A stretch of DNA of 32,000 nucleotides from Candidatus Heimdallarchaeota archaeon B3_Heim (GTDB taxonomy: Archaea > Asgardarchaeota > Heimdallarchaeia > Hodarchaeales > Hodarchaeaceae), in the NCBI GenBank assembly GCA_003144275.1, contig NJBF01000034.1, positions 1 through 32,000 of the forward strand, given 5' to 3'. The translations under genes and the position numbers were made by a program. Positions 1-9,668 of the stretch are shown here, piece by piece. The notes under the pieces were generated by a model. That model was not told the DNA's origin. It was given only the letters and a program-made list of their open reading frames with translations, and searched no databases. Position 1 is the stretch's first letter. The number at the start of each line of letters is the position of its first letter.

Positions 1-321
1 ACCACGCATAATGTTGACGATAACGCATGGAAGCCACGCCCCTGCAATATAGGATATGCCCTCCTGTTTGAGGCTGATGCCTGGACTTGAAGAAGAGGTC
101 AACACTCGGGCTCCTGCGCCCGCTGCCCCGAAGACCATGTAGATTGCAGCTATCTCGCTTTCTGCTTGGAGAAAACACCCTCCTACCTCAGGCAAACGCC
201 TTGCGAGGTATTCTGGGAGTTCACTCTGCGGCGTTATTGGATATCCAAAAAAGTATCGGCATCCTGCTTGAACGGCGGCTTCAGCTATCGCCTCATTTCC
301 GGTCATGAACCTCTTTTCCAT
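1..321 (-). CDS. vorB: 2-oxoacid:ferredoxin oxidoreductase alpha-type subunit (VorB-like), 5' part; runs off window start
   Basis: Not in the ORF track; hand translation gives [39 protein letters not shown]...[40 protein letters not shown], with the OFOR motifs GNEA, GYPITP, AESE and TSSSGPG-like. The start overlaps the upstream stop (TAATG). Confidence 0.92.
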   Translation of the reverse strand, partial: MEKRFMTGNEAIAEAAVQAGCRYFFGYPITPQSELPEYLARRLPEVGGCFLQAESEIAAIYMVFGAAGAGARVLTSSSSPGISLKQEGISYIAGAWLPCVIVNIMRG

Positions 322-548
322 TAGGCGGCCTCCTTCCTTGTTTGTCTGTAGACTTCTATTACAACATCTGGGCAGATTAGAGCACATAATGTGCATCCGG
401 TGCATTTTTCTTCGGGGTCTACAAATTCGGCTGGGTGATAGCCTTCAGGTGTAATCCGCTTTGCAATTCGAATAAGTTTTAGTGAACAAGTTTCTACACA
501 AAGAGCGCATCCCTTGCAAAACTTTTCGTTTACTAGGATCTTTCCCAT
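321..548 (-). CDS. 2x[4Fe-4S] ferredoxin, delta subunit of the 2-oxoacid oxidoreductase
   Basis: [21 protein letters not shown]...[12 protein letters not shown] has two CxxCxxCxxxC motifs. The real start is the ATG at 548 inside the longer 321..758 track ORF. Coupled to vorB. Confidence 0.9.
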   Translation of the reverse strand: MGKILVNEKFCKGCALCVETCSLKLIRIAKRITPEGYHPAEFVDPEEKCTGCTLCALICPDVVIEVYRQTRKEAA

Positions 549-651
549 TTCCGTTTTCTCCAACCTATGTTTTGCCAAAGGGTGAGCATGTTCATTCTTG
601 TTAGAGACACAAAAGTGTAGTTTCTTCAATATTAGTGTTAACCTTTGAACC

Positions 652-1038
652 GTGAAAACTGAAAAGGTTGAAGCACCTAAAGAAGCTAAGGTCCCCCAAA
701 AAAAAGTTAAAGCACCCCCAAAGCCACCTGGAAAAGCAGGCGAAAACGCAGTCCTCATAGGAAGGAAACCAGTGATGAACTACGTGGTTGCCTGCCTCAC
801 TTTCTTCAACACAGGAGCAAACGAAATATGCATTAAAGCCAGGGGACGGTCTATCAGCAGAGCAGTGGATACCGTTGAACTTCTCCGCCGGGCATTCCTT
901 AAAGGATTGGGGCTCAAGCAAATCAAGATAGGCACTGAAGAGATAACCCAAGAAGAAGGACGTAAATCAAACGTCTCAACCATTGAAATAACTGTAGCCA
1001 AAACCGAATCCAAATGCAATCTATTCGGCAATTTCTAG
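652..1038 (+). CDS. albA: DNA/RNA-binding chromatin protein Alba with Lys/Pro-rich N-terminal extension; last ~10 codons probably junction-derived
   Basis: [12 protein letters not shown]...[13 protein letters not shown]...IKIGTEE...NVSTIEI is the Alba signature. Confidence 0.92.
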   Translation: MKTEKVEAPKEAKVPQKKVKAPPKPPGKAGENAVLIGRKPVMNYVVACLTFFNTGANEICIKARGRSISRAVDTVELLRRAFLKGLGLKQIKIGTEEITQEEGRKSNVSTIEITVAKTESKCNLFGNF

Positions 1039-1225
1039 ATTGAATGTTGATACGCAATCAGCTGTATTCATTGGCGATTCTCCATCAGATCTTGAGGCTA
1101 GTTTAAGAGCAAAGATTCAATTTATTTTAATCAAGGATGCTTCATCTACCTTTATCTACCCTGAAATCCCCCAAAATGTCAAAATAGTCTCAAAAGTCAA
1201 GGAATTACTCGATTATTGTAAATGA
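998..1225 (+). pseudogene. C-terminal fragment of a HAD-superfamily hydrolase (motifs III-IV only)
   Basis: The frame reads [35 protein letters not shown]..., containing KPxP and GDxxxD motifs. An in-frame TAG lies at 995-997 and there is no DxD motif I or start region. Confidence 0.75.
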
Positions 1226-1354
1226 TCCCAGAATTGTAAGAATTTTCTACTGGTTGCAACCCAGAATAACATAATTTTTGTTAAATAAATTACATAAAGT
1301 TCTTTTAAAGAGAAAGCGTCTAATTTAACCTAATATTCCAAGGAGAATCCCCGC

Positions 1355-3106
1355 GTGAGTAAAATTGTACGAATAAATATGAATAAACTTTCCTCTGAAT
1401 GGGAAAATGTCCCCAAAAACTACGTTCATTTAGGTGGAAGAGGAATAACTTCAGCTATCGTTGCAAACGAAGTTGATCCTCTTGCAGAACCTTTAGGGCC
1501 AAAAAATAAATTTGTGGCTGCTCCTGGATTTATCACAGGCACCACTGCACCAAGTACTGGACGATTGTCGGTCGGAGGTAAATCTCCCTTGACTGGTACA
1601 ATTAAAGAAGCCAATGCAGGGGGATTGAGTGCCCAAAAACTGGCTCGTTTAGGAATTAAAGCTTTAATCATAGAGGGTTTTCCTGAAGGTGATGATTGGT
1701 ACAATATTTATCTAACTAAGGGAAGGTGTGAACTTGTAAAAGCAAATGAATTTGTCAATATGGGTCTCTATGATTTAATTAATCGTCTGTGGAAAAAATA
1801 CCCCAACAAACCTGGAATTTTTGGTTGCGGAATTGCTGGACAACAGTTAATGTTTAGTGCAGGAATTTTTGGGAATAATCCTGATAATTCAGATCCAGGC
1901 CGGTATGCGGCTCGTGGAGGGCTGGGTGCTGTTTTGGGGTCCAAAAGAATAATCGCCATTATCACTGATGATACAGATTGTGCCCGACCAAAGCCAAAGA
2001 ACCCAGAATTATTTGAAATTGGTAGAAAGAAGCTTGTAAAAGGATTACTGAAGCATGAAGCAAGAGAAGCTCTAAGGGATTATGGAACAGAGGGATTAAT
2101 GAATGTTATGAATGAAAGTGGAGGGTTACCCACACGAAATTGGCGAAAAGGATCCTTTGAAGGTGCAGGTAAAATTTCGGGGGAAGCTATCAGAGAGTTA
2201 GTTGATAAAACAAAAGAAAAATTTCCAAAATCTCAAGCACGAACTGGATGGCCGTGTAATCCAGGGTGTGTCATTGGTTGTGCTAATAAGGTGCCATATC
2301 CCTTGAATCATAAGAAAGCAGGAGCAATTCAAGTTTCAACTTTAGAGTATGAAACCGCGATGGCATTAGGCTCTCTGTGTGAGATTGATTCATTGTATCA
2401 TCTGGCAGAATTGAATCGAATCTGTAATGACTTGGGACTTGATACAATTGAAGCAGGAAATACTTTAGCTGTTGCAATGGAAGCAGGAGTGCTTGAATTT
2501 GGTGATGGTGCGGGAGCGATCAAATTACTCAATAAAGTGAAAACTAAAGATCCAGTTGGTAGATTACTTGGATTAGGCGCTTTACGTTTTGGTCAAGCTT
2601 ACGGTGTCACTCATGTAGGTCATGCAAAAGGCCAGTCTCTACCAGCATTCGATCCAAGACCATTAAAAGGAATTGGAGTGACATACGTAACAAGTCCCCA
2701 AGGTGGAGATCATACAGAGGGATATACTATTTTTTCAGAGATTGAAGGAGTGAATCCAGTCGATCCACGAGATAAAGCTAAAGGAGACTTGTCACGATTT
2801 TACCAAGTATTTACTGCGTTTATTGATTCGATCGGCTACTGCCTATTTACTGCGTATGCCCTTCTAGAAGATCCTTTAGCGAAAGAAGGTATGCTGGAAA
2901 CAGTTCGTGCCATGTTAGGGGTCGAGGAATTTGATCTAGAAACATATGGGATGGCTATTTTGGAAATAGAAAATGATTTCAATAAAAGAGCAGGATTTTC
3001 CGAGTTAGATAATAGATTACCAGATTTCTTTTATACTGAACCACTTCCTCCAACTAATGAAGTATTTGATGTTCCTGATTCAGAAATAAAAAAAGTTTTC
3101 AAGTAA
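1355..3106 (+). CDS. aor: Tungsten-type aldehyde:ferredoxin oxidoreductase family protein
   Basis: LGGRG, KSPLTG, ANAGG, GRGGLGAV-like (ARGGLGAVLGSK), CxxGCxxGC (CNPGCVIGC), EYET and DLGLDTI motifs; 583 aa. Confidence 0.93.
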   Translation: MSKIVRINMNKLSSEWENVPKNYVHLGGRGITSAIVANEVDPLAEPLGPKNKFVAAPGFITGTTAPSTGRLSVGGKSPLTGTIKEANAGGLSAQKLARLGIKALIIEGFPEGDDWYNIYLTKGRCELVKANEFVNMGLYDLINRLWKKYPNKPGIFGCGIAGQQLMFSAGIFGNNPDNSDPGRYAARGGLGAVLGSKRIIAIITDDTDCARPKPKNPELFEIGRKKLVKGLLKHEAREALRDYGTEGLMNVMNESGGLPTRNWRKGSFEGAGKISGEAIRELVDKTKEKFPKSQARTGWPCNPGCVIGCANKVPYPLNHKKAGAIQVSTLEYETAMALGSLCEIDSLYHLAELNRICNDLGLDTIEAGNTLAVAMEAGVLEFGDGAGAIKLLNKVKTKDPVGRLLGLGALRFGQAYGVTHVGHAKGQSLPAFDPRPLKGIGVTYVTSPQGGDHTEGYTIFSEIEGVNPVDPRDKAKGDLSRFYQVFTAFIDSIGYCLFTAYALLEDPLAKEGMLETVRAMLGVEEFDLETYGMAILEIENDFNKRAGFSELDNRLPDFFYTEPLPPTNEVFDVPDSEIKKVFK

Positions 3107-3127
3107 TCTCAGCATAAAAAATCACAA

Positions 3128-3147
3128 TGTTGGGAGATATTCCAACA
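3128..3147 (+). terminator. Possible hairpin downstream of aor
   Basis: TGTTGG-GA-GATA-TT-CCAACA inverted repeat about 20 nt after the stop codon; no clear U-tract. Confidence 0.25.
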
Positions 3148-3224
3148 AATAGCAGTTTCAAACAACTCCATTTTTAAAATTCTGACAAAAGGCCTCGTAG
3201 ACTGATTAGTCAAAAGATTTTTAC

Positions 3225-4994
3225 TTGAATCGATCTCTTAGACGTGGTATACACTTGAAAACCTCAAATAACATATCAGATAAACCAGAAAAGGATGACT
3301 TTGGACTTGATTTTATCCGAAAGATAATTGTTGAGGATATAAGAACTAATAAAAACGAAGGACGAGTCCATACGCGTTTTCCTCCTGAACCAAATGGTTG
3401 GATGCACATTGGACACGCTATGGCAATCTATTTAAGCTATAGTGTCGCTCAAGAATATAATGGCCTTTTTAACCTTAGGTTTGACGATACCGATCCTTCC
3501 AAAGAAAGTATGGACTATGTAGAGGCAATTAAAGAGGATGTTCAATGGTTAGGGGCTGAATGGGAAGATCGATTATATTTCGCTTCAGATTATTTTGAGA
3601 AACTGTATGAATTTGCAGTTGCACTGATTAAGGCTGGTAAAGCATTCATCTGTGATTTGAGTGTTGAGGAGATAAGAGAACAAAGAGGAACTCTAACAGA
3701 ACCAGGAGTAAACAGTCCTTACCGAAATAGATCAGCGGAAGAAAACTTTGATTTCTTTACGCGAATGCGTGAAGGTGAATTTGAGGATGGTTCTAAGGTC
3801 CTGCGCGCTAAAATTGATATGACTTCTCCAAATCTTCTAATGCGTGATCCGATCATGTACCGAATCAAAAGGGTAAGTCATTATAGAACTGGAACAGAGT
3901 GGATAATTTACCCTAGTTATGATTTTACTCATGGGGAATCTGATGCAATTGAGGGAATAACTCATTCTCTCTGTTCACTAGAGTTTGAAACCCATAGGCC
4001 CTTATATGACTGGTTTATAGATGAATTACTAGCATTAGGAACATTAAAACATAAACCTCGGCAAATTGAATTTTCTCGCTTGAATGTAACATATACTATA
4101 ACGAGTAAACGTAGATTATTAGAATTAGTTAAGGGAGAATATGTTTCTGGATGGGATGATCCACGAATGCCAACAATAGCAGGGATGCGGAAACGAGGAT
4201 TCCCAGCAAGTGCGATTAGAACTTTTCTTGGTAGAGTGGGTGTTACAAAGAGAGAAAAAAATATCGATGTTGGTTTATTGGAAGCGTGCGTTCGTGATGA
4301 ACTAGATAAGGAAGCTAATCGTGTATTGGCAGTCTTAAATCCCCTACGAGTTGTTATTACTAACTATCCAGAAGACCAAGTAGAACATCTAGAAATACCA
4401 AATCATCCAAAAGATGAATCTAGAGGTACCCGTAAAGTACCGTTTTCACGAGTGCTTTATATAGAGCAAGAAGATTTTATGGAAGACCCTCCTAAAAAAT
4501 TCTATCGATTAACGCCGGGTAGAGAGGTTCGATTACGGAATGCATATTTTATTACATGTACTGATGTCAAGAAAGATGAGTCTGGGAAAATACTTGAAGT
4601 GCATTGTACATATGATCCCAACACAAGAGGAGGATCTTCTCCAGATGGAAGAAAAGTAAAAGCAACCATCCATTGGCTTTCCCGAGATCATGCGTTGAAA
4701 GCGGAAATTCGCTTATACGATCGATTATTCAATCGAGAAGATCCCTTAGGTTTACTTGATTATAATTCTGATTCGTTGAAATCGATAATTGGATATGTAG
4801 AACCCAGTTTAAAAGAAGCTAAACCAGCTACCCACTATCAATTTGAACGAGTAGGATATTTCTTTGCTGATCCAGAGGAATTTACAAAGAAAAAACTAGT
4901 TATCAACCGTACGATTACATTACGTGATACTTGGGCAAGAATCAAGAAACAACTTCCTCAACCAAAGAAAAAGAAGCAGAAAATAAAGAAATAA
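3225..4994 (+). CDS. glnS: Glutamine--tRNA ligase (bacterial-type GlnRS); start may be the TTG at 3255
   Basis: [63 protein letters not shown], two beta-barrel anticodon domain motifs ([25 protein letters not shown]). No eukaryotic N-terminal or YqeY appendage is visible. Confidence 0.95.
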   Translation: MNRSLRRGIHLKTSNNISDKPEKDDFGLDFIRKIIVEDIRTNKNEGRVHTRFPPEPNGWMHIGHAMAIYLSYSVAQEYNGLFNLRFDDTDPSKESMDYVEAIKEDVQWLGAEWEDRLYFASDYFEKLYEFAVALIKAGKAFICDLSVEEIREQRGTLTEPGVNSPYRNRSAEENFDFFTRMREGEFEDGSKVLRAKIDMTSPNLLMRDPIMYRIKRVSHYRTGTEWIIYPSYDFTHGESDAIEGITHSLCSLEFETHRPLYDWFIDELLALGTLKHKPRQIEFSRLNVTYTITSKRRLLELVKGEYVSGWDDPRMPTIAGMRKRGFPASAIRTFLGRVGVTKREKNIDVGLLEACVRDELDKEANRVLAVLNPLRVVITNYPEDQVEHLEIPNHPKDESRGTRKVPFSRVLYIEQEDFMEDPPKKFYRLTPGREVRLRNAYFITCTDVKKDESGKILEVHCTYDPNTRGGSSPDGRKVKATIHWLSRDHALKAEIRLYDRLFNREDPLGLLDYNSDSLKSIIGYVEPSLKEAKPATHYQFERVGYFFADPEEFTKKKLVINRTITLRDTWARIKKQLPQPKKKKQKIKK

Positions 4995-5031
4995 TTCTTC
5001 TTGATAAATTCGGATTAAAAACTAAAGGTAA

Positions 5032-5430
5032 TCAGTTGTTAGGAGTTATTTCCAAATACACACGTTCTGTTTCTTTTCTCCAAAATGCGAATTTCGTGAA
5101 AGCGATGAGAATTTTCATAAGGAATGTTTTTGCTTCTTCCATTGTTTCAAACGCAAATTGCTCCTCTTCTTTAGCTAGTACTCGTGCCCTCACTTCAATT
5201 TCAGGGCCTTTTAGCTTGCCACGCATTGTACATGGGGCAACTTTTGCATCGGAATTATTCCTTAAACGTTTAATTTTGTAAGAATCCTTTCTGGTTGATA
5301 CATATAAGCGATCATTATTCCTCACAAATTCTACTGGAGTAGCTACACCTTTTCCACTTTTATAGTACGTTGTTAAACTGATCGTTCGATGTCCTGCTAA
5401 ATAATCAAATGGGTGTGTATTTTGATTCAT
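5032..5430 (-). CDS. PPOX-class F420-dependent oxidoreductase (split beta-barrel, Rv2061-like)
   Basis: ISLTTYYKSGKGVATPV, KIKRLRNN and VAPCTMRGK match the family pattern. Confidence 0.82.
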   Translation of the reverse strand: MNQNTHPFDYLAGHRTISLTTYYKSGKGVATPVEFVRNNDRLYVSTRKDSYKIKRLRNNSDAKVAPCTMRGKLKGPEIEVRARVLAKEEEQFAFETMEEAKTFLMKILIAFTKFAFWRKETERVYLEITPNN

Positions 5431-5535
5431 CTTAATTCAATAGAATCATTTTATTGTCAAATTATTAATAAATCTTGTTTGATTTCAGGAAAAAATCTAG
5501 ATATTTTAGATTCACGATAAATGGGAAAATTAGAA

Positions 5536-5607
5536 CAGCCCCATCCAGATTCGAACTGGAGTCTTCAGATTCAGAGCCTGAGGTGCTAACCACTACACTA
5601 TGGGGCT
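5536..5607 (-). tRNA. tRNA-Gln (CTG)
   Basis: Cloverleaf AGCCCCA / D-arm GTGT..GCAC / TCAGG-CT CTG AA-TCTGA / TCCAG-TTCGAAT-CTGGA / TGGGGCT-G. No intron; CCA not encoded. Confidence 0.95.
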
Positions 5608-5648
5608 TGACTGTAATTTATATGCATTTAATGTATGTAGAGAAGAAA

Positions 5649-5723
5649 TGGCAGCCCCGTCCAGATTCGAACTGGAGTCGTGAGGGTCAAAGCCTCATAT
5701 GATAGCCTCTACACCACGGGGCT
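5649..5723 (-). tRNA. tRNA-Gln (TTG)
   Basis: Cloverleaf AGCCCCG / TGAGG-CT TTG AC-CCTCA / TCCAG-TTCGAAT-CTGGA / CGGGGCT-G-CCA. CCA is genomically encoded; no intron. Confidence 0.95.
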
Positions 5724-5951
5724 TTAGTATTATTTAATAGTATCCGAGTGAATCTAGCTAGGTATTATTTTATTAAACATTATTTTTGTTGATTTCGGAC
5801 AATTCTCCTTGTAGTAGCTTATATTCGTATCCGTCAAATTAATAGAACTATTTTGTTCATAAAAAAGGTTAATCTATATGATGAGAAAGGTAAGCCCTCT
5901 TCGTATAACAAGATATAAAAAAAAATGCAAGGAAGATTCCAATTGAGAACA

Positions 5952-7058
5952 ATGAAGCGGAATAGTGACATTGAAATATCTCCTGAACGATTCCACAAAA
6001 AAATCCAATCTGGAGATGTTCCAATCATCGTAGATGTAAGAAACGCTAAGGATTTTGCTGATTGGAATCTTTTAAACAGTATTAATTTTCCTATTATGAA
6101 ATTAATGAAGTCAAAAGACTTTCCAGAGGAGTTTAAAGATAGTGAGATTGTCTTAATTTGTGGAAAAGGTAAAGATTCATACACTGGAGCAGAACAATTA
6201 CATAGTTTGGGTTATAATGTGAAATCTCTTGCTGGAGGGATGACAGCTTGGAACCATGTATTTGATAATATAGAAGTGACAAGTGATTCTGATCTGGAGT
6301 TAATCCAATTACGAAGAGTAGCTAAAGGATGCTTATCATATTTTCTGTATTCAAATGGAGAAGCCATCGTAATAGATCCTGCTCATAATGTTTCCCCATA
6401 TGTGAAAATGGCAGAAGAGAAGGATGTAGCTATAACACGAATCATCGACACACATCTACATGCTGATCACATTTCAGGTGCCCGAGATCTTGCACAAAAA
6501 ACAGGGGCTGAATATTTTGTCAGTCCCAATGATCCTTATGAATTTGAATTTAATCAATTGAAAGAGGATACTACTTTTTCTATTGGAAATAAAGTACTTC
6601 TTCATGCCATGAGTACTCCAGGGCACACTCCTGGAAGTACCTCCCTTCGGATGAAGGATTTGGGAGTACTCACAGGAGATATTTTGTTCATAGATGGGAT
6701 TGGTCGACCTGATTTAGCAAATAAATCTGCCGAGTTTGCCAAAGATCTCTATTATTCGCTTCATCAGCGTCTAGCGGTATTACCTAGCAATATGTTCTAT
6801 GCTCCTGCGCATCACGGAAAATTTACATTAGACCATTTTAATACCCCCCTGGTGTCAGCTATTCAAACTTTTAAGGAAAACTCAATCCTTCAGAAAAATG
6901 AAAATGCATTTATAGAGTATGCAGTCCAAACCTCTCAACAAACGAAACAACCATCCTCACATCAAACAATTCGCCAAGTGAATTCAGGAAAGCTCATACT
7001 GTCCCCCATACAAATAGGTGAGCTTGAGATCGGGCCTAATCGGTGTGCTATTGGATAA
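5952..7058 (+). CDS. Rhodanese-MBL fold fusion (sulfurtransferase / persulfide dioxygenase-like)
   Basis: N-terminal rhodanese (IIVDVR, active loop ICGKGKDS, LAGGMTAW); C-terminal THLHADH, TPGHTPGS, TGD and PAHH. Track start is 5925; the ATG at 5952 is more likely. Confidence 0.87.
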   Translation: MKRNSDIEISPERFHKKIQSGDVPIIVDVRNAKDFADWNLLNSINFPIMKLMKSKDFPEEFKDSEIVLICGKGKDSYTGAEQLHSLGYNVKSLAGGMTAWNHVFDNIEVTSDSDLELIQLRRVAKGCLSYFLYSNGEAIVIDPAHNVSPYVKMAEEKDVAITRIIDTHLHADHISGARDLAQKTGAEYFVSPNDPYEFEFNQLKEDTTFSIGNKVLLHAMSTPGHTPGSTSLRMKDLGVLTGDILFIDGIGRPDLANKSAEFAKDLYYSLHQRLAVLPSNMFYAPAHHGKFTLDHFNTPLVSAIQTFKENSILQKNENAFIEYAVQTSQQTKQPSSHQTIRQVNSGKLILSPIQIGELEIGPNRCAIG

Positions 7059-7141
7059 TTGAACTTTCCATTCAATAGAGAGTATTTACAACCGTAATCG
7101 GTGGTGATCAGGGGAGTTCTGTTTGTGAGAAGTGAATATTT

Positions 7142-8620
7142 ATGGCTACTGAAAACCAGATTCATGATCTCGATATCAGTTGGCAGCTAGAATTACGTTT
7201 CTTAGGGTGGAGGATCTGGTGGTTCCAAAATACAATTTTTGTAGCAATGGTTATCAGTCTGATCCCTATAATCATTTTTTCTATTTCGGGTCTTTGGAAA
7301 TTTGGATATTTTTTATTTTCAATTCTGAAAATTACTTTTAGTATATACTTATTACTGGATTTAATAGCTGTAGCATTAATTGGAGCAAATATTGCGTCCA
7401 GTAGAAATTTACGCAATATCAATCGATTAGAGAAGAGATTTCTTGCCATTATAGGACTCTGTTTTCTTCTTACCCTCATTATACGATTGTTATTGATTGG
7501 AATATGTTTTTCATCATCTCTCACGGACATAAATATCTTGTCCCAATATGTTGGACTTCTAACCGAAAGTTGGTTCTTATTTATCTGGGTTGTATCAAAT
7601 GCCCTTTTATTTACAATTTTAATAACTGATTCGCATATCAATCATATAGATGTTAGAAGGGGGGTTTTAGAAGAGCCTAGGGTTGTTTTTGGATTCTTCT
7701 CATTTGTTCCTGTTTTTGTATTATTTTTTGAAAGACTAACTCATATATCCTCCTCTCTTTTTTATGACCAGTACTCCGCGCCCCTCTATATCGGTGTTGC
7801 ATTAGTGATGTCTAAGTGTCTCGTTGCTCCAGCATTAGGAAGGCGAGCAGGAAAATTAGAGATAAAAAAAATCATTGAATCGCATTTAGTACCTGAAATA
7901 GACAAATCCAGGAGAAGTATAATAGTCAATATGAAAAAAACGAGGTATCTGAAGTCTACAAAAAGGATAAGAAATGTATTCGTGGTTATAGGAATTTTCT
8001 CATTACTATTTCCTTTTTCTCCCCTCTTTCTCACGAAGATGTACAAAGAACCTGAAATATCTGTCATTATAAGTCGTCCGCACGCTAATAATGAGGCACT
8101 TAGTGTTTTGGAGTATGTCGAAGTTTTACCTCTTAAGAATATAACAGGTATTAATTCTGAGAATATCATGACGAATAGTACTTTACAGGAAAGATTGAAT
8201 CTAATCGAGGACTCAAAATTTGTTGATATCTTCTATTTATTCAGTTCTACCCCGTCTTATTTGAGTTTGTTTTGGGAAATGAGTGTCGAAAAGTTAAATG
8301 ATTTATTACTGGATACTTCTATTGTAAAAAGCTATTGGCCCGAAGGAAGATCTGGATATTATGGATATGAAGAAGATTTTGAGGATTCATATTTCGTCTA
8401 TTGGGTAGATGGAACCAAGAATTATAATCTGGATTCGTTCAATTCTTCAGAACCTTTCGCTGAATGGCTGTGTAAAGGAATTCAAAGCTGGTCTACAAAT
8501 AGTGGGTCATTATTCGGCAGTAATACTCTTTATGTGGATCAGTTACTCTTTTTAGATGTTAATCTTGACCCTGTTTGTTTTGTTTATAGAGAGTATTCTG
8601 GTGGTTATTACTATATTTGA
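7142..8620 (+). CDS. Hypothetical multi-pass membrane protein with C-terminal soluble domain
   Basis: About 7 hydrophobic segments in the first ~300 aa followed by an acidic/aromatic domain; no family recognised. Confidence 0.7.
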   Translation: MATENQIHDLDISWQLELRFLGWRIWWFQNTIFVAMVISLIPIIIFSISGLWKFGYFLFSILKITFSIYLLLDLIAVALIGANIASSRNLRNINRLEKRFLAIIGLCFLLTLIIRLLLIGICFSSSLTDINILSQYVGLLTESWFLFIWVVSNALLFTILITDSHINHIDVRRGVLEEPRVVFGFFSFVPVFVLFFERLTHISSSLFYDQYSAPLYIGVALVMSKCLVAPALGRRAGKLEIKKIIESHLVPEIDKSRRSIIVNMKKTRYLKSTKRIRNVFVVIGIFSLLFPFSPLFLTKMYKEPEISVIISRPHANNEALSVLEYVEVLPLKNITGINSENIMTNSTLQERLNLIEDSKFVDIFYLFSSTPSYLSLFWEMSVEKLNDLLLDTSIVKSYWPEGRSGYYGYEEDFEDSYFVYWVDGTKNYNLDSFNSSEPFAEWLCKGIQSWSTNSGSLFGSNTLYVDQLLFLDVNLDPVCFVYREYSGGYYYI

Positions 8621-8679
8621 TAATCACAATATAATTTTGTTTAAGAAGAAATAAAAGGAATGGACCAAGATAGGTTGAT

Positions 8680-9651
8680 ATGAGTTCAATTGGAATATTT
8701 CGCTCTTCTGGGTATGTTACAGAAAACATTGTTCATATTGATCTCGAGCAATACAATTCACATGAAGTCTGCTCTGCATTTATCGTAACCTCTCCAAAAT
8801 CGTATGCTATTCTAGATTGTGGAACATCGAATGATGTACCAACATTACTAACTTATCTGACATCGAAACTTAAGGTTTCTCTGAAAAAGATTAAGTATTT
8901 GATACCCACACATTATCATTTTGATCATTTTGGTGGAGGGTGGGCCCTTTGGAACCATATCCAAGATTGCAATCCAGATGTCAAAGTTTTAACCACATCT
9001 AAGACAAAAGAGCAGCTTCAGAACCCTGATCTCCATATGAAACAAGCATATCGAACTTTTGGAAACATGATTGGTGAGATGCATCCAATTCCTGATAAAG
9101 CCTATAATATTGTCTCCCCAAATGAAGAAATCTTTCTTCCTGGTCTCTCTGATACTCATTCCCTTTCCTTAGTTCCTTCCCCTGGCCATTGTGAAGATCA
9201 TGTGTGCCCCACATTGTTTAAAGATAATCGTCCAGAATTTATGTTTGTGGGTGAATCAGGAGGGACAACTATGCATTCGGAAAAATTAGTTACTTTAGGT
9301 TCAAGTATGCCTCCTGAATTTCATTTTAAGACTTATATTAAGAGTTTACAAAATTTAATTAAATCTAATCCAATGAATATTGGACTGGGTCATTTTGGAG
9401 CAATTAAAGGGTTAGATAATTCACTAAAGTTATTGAATGAAAATCTTGAGTTTACAACTTATTTCCGTAAGTTTGTCAAAGAACGATATGAGGAAAAAAA
9501 CGAAACAAGATGGATTGTGGAACAATTCCTTGAACACGAGATCGAGAATCGTGTGGAAATATCGAAAATTGATATGAAATTGTTGATTCGCATAATAGTC
9601 GCACTCGTATACGGCCAACTTATCGATCTTGGATATCGTAATCCGAAATAA
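8680..9651 (+). CDS. Metallo-beta-lactamase fold hydrolase
   Basis: LDCG, THYHFDHFGG, SPGHCEDH and GLGHFG metal-binding motifs. Confidence 0.88.
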   Translation: MSSIGIFRSSGYVTENIVHIDLEQYNSHEVCSAFIVTSPKSYAILDCGTSNDVPTLLTYLTSKLKVSLKKIKYLIPTHYHFDHFGGGWALWNHIQDCNPDVKVLTTSKTKEQLQNPDLHMKQAYRTFGNMIGEMHPIPDKAYNIVSPNEEIFLPGLSDTHSLSLVPSPGHCEDHVCPTLFKDNRPEFMFVGESGGTTMHSEKLVTLGSSMPPEFHFKTYIKSLQNLIKSNPMNIGLGHFGAIKGLDNSLKLLNENLEFTTYFRKFVKERYEEKNETRWIVEQFLEHEIENRVEISKIDMKLLIRIIVALVYGQLIDLGYRNPK

Positions 9652-9668
9652 TTTCGGGAAATTGGAAT

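Noticed and set aside
87-308. Plus-strand 73-aa ORF
   Set aside because: Antisense to the clearly conserved vorB frame.
549-758. N-terminal extension of the ferredoxin ORF, plus antisense ORFs 601..951 and 780..1031
   Set aside because: They overlap Alba on the opposite strand; the ferredoxin starts at MGKIL (548).
5475-5702. 75-aa plus-strand ORF
   Set aside because: It is the antisense reading of the two tRNA-Gln genes.
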